Source: Octopus bimaculoides (taxonomy: Eukaryota). From it: 40,727 bases of DNA. Shown piece by piece: positions 38,711 to 40,727 of this stretch (within the stretch, counting starts at the first letter, position 1; every line of letters begins with the position of its first letter). The notes beneath the pieces were generated by a model, which did no database searches, was not told the DNA's origin, and saw only the letters and a list, made by a program, of their open reading frames with translations. Both the position numbers and the translations under genes were made by a program. Location of the stretch: positions 61,541,601 through 61,582,327 of the forward strand of contig NC_068989.1 of assembly GCF_001194135.2 (NCBI RefSeq), written 5' to 3'.

Positions 38711-38787
38711 CTAATACATAACCTATCTAGTTTGAACGTAGAAGACCTTGCGTTTTTATCAATGTTTCATGTTGTGAAAACAATGAG
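38711..38787 (+). CDS. Candidate internal exon, product unknown
   Basis: aactcag acceptor and strong GAG|gtaagg donor; open frame LIHNLSSLNVEDLAFLSMFHVVKTM. Confidence 0.3.
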
Positions 38788-39383
38788 GTAAGGCAATAGA
38801 TAATATCTAAACGAAACTCACTACAAACCCATTCCGTATAAAAGCAGGCATCTTTAAGAATATGCTTGTTCTTAAATGTCTATATGGATTTGTGTACACT
38901 TATGAATGTGAGATAGTAATGTTTTCTCTCTGGCATTTTTGTTCATGTTGGAGTGGGAAAGAATGTTATATCAATATATAAACACAATATTTCTTCAGTA
39001 ACCAGTAAGTAGCCACTCGATAGTAGTGATATCGTTATTAAATCCATCTCAATTATTCCGAAATGAACGACTGTGCGAAATAATCTTAGAAGGGCCAAGA
39101 GTAGGTCACGTTTGAACTGTTCATATAATTATTAATATTTGATGCGTAGAAACATAATGAACAAACAGCAACTGAACAACAGGTACAGAGCATTACGAAA
39201 GCTATCACTCTTGACAGAGTAAACAGTGAAAAGGTAGGAACACCCATAAAAATACTTTCACACACGTATATGAGATGATACCAAAAATATTACATTTACA
39301 CAAGCCTTCATTGCATATTCTAGAATAGAATATGTGTATGTGTGTATGTATGTATGTATGTATGTATGTTTGTATGCATATGA

Positions 39384-39463
<80 letters not shown>

Positions 39464-39571
39464 NNNNNNNNNNNNNNNNNNNNNNNNNNNNNNNNNNNNN
39501 NNNNNNNNNNNNNNNNNNNNNNNNNNNNNNNNNNNNNNNNNNNNNNNNNNNNNNNNNNNNNNNNNNNNNNN
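39464..39571. other. Assembly gap
   Basis: N run preceded by (TA)n. Confidence 1.
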
Positions 39572-39759
39572 ACTTACGTGGAACTGGATGCGTGGCATTC
39601 AATTAAATAATAATATAAATAATATATATATCTATGTATATATACATATATGTGTGTGTGTTTGTTTGTGTATGTGTGTGTGTGTGCGTGTGTGCGTGTG
39701 TGCGTGTAAGTGTGTGTGTGTGTGTATGTGTGTGTGTGTGCGTGTGTGTAAAATACAAA

Positions 39760-39900
39760 ATGGGACAAGAATGTAAAACATGCAGAAAGACGATACAAAG
39801 AAAAGAAGGACGGGTCATTCGGAGTTCCAGATTATCTTTGCAATTTCGGCTGGTTCTACTCGAGATTGCTCCAATATAGCAAGCCCCAAGGACAAGCTAA
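39760..39900 (+). mobile_element. Possible CR1-group ORF1 N-terminus (degenerate PHD finger)
   Basis: MGQECKTCRKTIQRKEG...CNFGWFYSR/CSNI across frameshifts resembles C-x2-C...C..WFH..C. Confidence 0.35.
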
Positions 39901-40289
39901 GCTAAGAGCACTAGATTCCTTGGAAGAAAGCAGCAACTGTATACGAAAACAAGGACGGAAGAAAAAAAACGGAGAAACGGGATGCAAATGCAAATAACAG
40001 GACATTAACAACGGGTGTCGACTTAGGACGAATTAAATTCAGCTGGCATATGTGGAAGTAAAGCCTTACGGCAGGGACATATGATTTGACGGGCACAGGG
40101 AGGAATATAGATGTTGCACGGATGGTAGTCGAACCAAGAAAGAGAGGTCAGGCTTGGCCGAACACCAGTCATGTGGGGAGAGAAGAGAGAGGGGTAGAGG
40201 CAAAAGACTAGAAGAATTAAGGAGGGGCGAGAAAAAATTAAAGGGACAATGTGGAGTGAAAGAAGAGGGAAGTTTATCGTTAAGAGAAG

Positions 40290-40600
40290 ACCAGGAAGTG
40301 TTAGTTTCTTGTATGCAGTCAACTTTAAATCCTCCTTGAAAATCCTGTGCAATGACGATTTTGAAACTTTTGCAGTTTTTCTTGCACTCATGCAGAGATT
40401 TCGGTTCATTCATTGCTTCACAACTTCAACAGTTTGCTTTGTACGAATTGCTCGTTTCTTACGAGGAATTGGCTCGCTCTTTTCAAAACGACAATCTGGT
40501 CACGTCTTCCTTTCAACGCCATCTTTGTTTACAAACCTGTTATAGACGAAAGAAACAATAGGCTCATGAACAAAAGACATATGCAAATCTCTACTTAAAA
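40290..40600 (-). mobile_element. Tc1/mariner-superfamily transposase N-terminal fragment
   Basis: RAIRTKQTVEVVKQ*MNRNLCMSARKTAKVSKSSLHRIFKEDLKLTAYK matches the RNP..S.RK.A...S...RIL..DL....YK HTH pattern. Confidence 0.7.
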
Positions 40601-40727
40601 TATTGATAATATTACCTGAACCGATATTCTATAGGAAAAGTTTTAAACATGGGTAATTCTTTCTGGCACAGCTTGTATAGCTCGACTTTAAATCCCAGCA
40701 CAGCTGAAGCAAATGTTTAGATAATCC

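Overview
AT-rich, microsatellite-dense eukaryotic DNA with four N-gaps. The SINE families and repeat landscape look like octopus/cephalopod DNA (inference from recalled repeat sequences, not a database result). Most of the window is decayed mobile DNA: a Penelope-like element (RT + GIY-YIG), CR1/L2-type, RTE, Tx1/L1 and R4/Dong-like LINE fragments, mariner/Tc1 remnants including one near-full-length 1.29 kb copy, and three tRNA-derived SINE families. There is no intact TE ORF, rRNA, tRNA gene or CRISPR array, and most ORF-track entries are microsatellite read-throughs. A few small candidate host exons exist but cannot be assembled into a confident gene. Most notable: (i) two different fold-back elements within 2.2 kb (29928-30633, 31754-32125) carrying minimal type I hammerhead ribozymes with palindromic helix III; (ii) a SINE sharing its 3' tail with a LINE 3' end in the same window; (iii) RLE-LINE copies and a four-copy SINE stack that appear to insert into specific microsatellites; (iv) an RTE copy with twin-priming-like 5' inversion.
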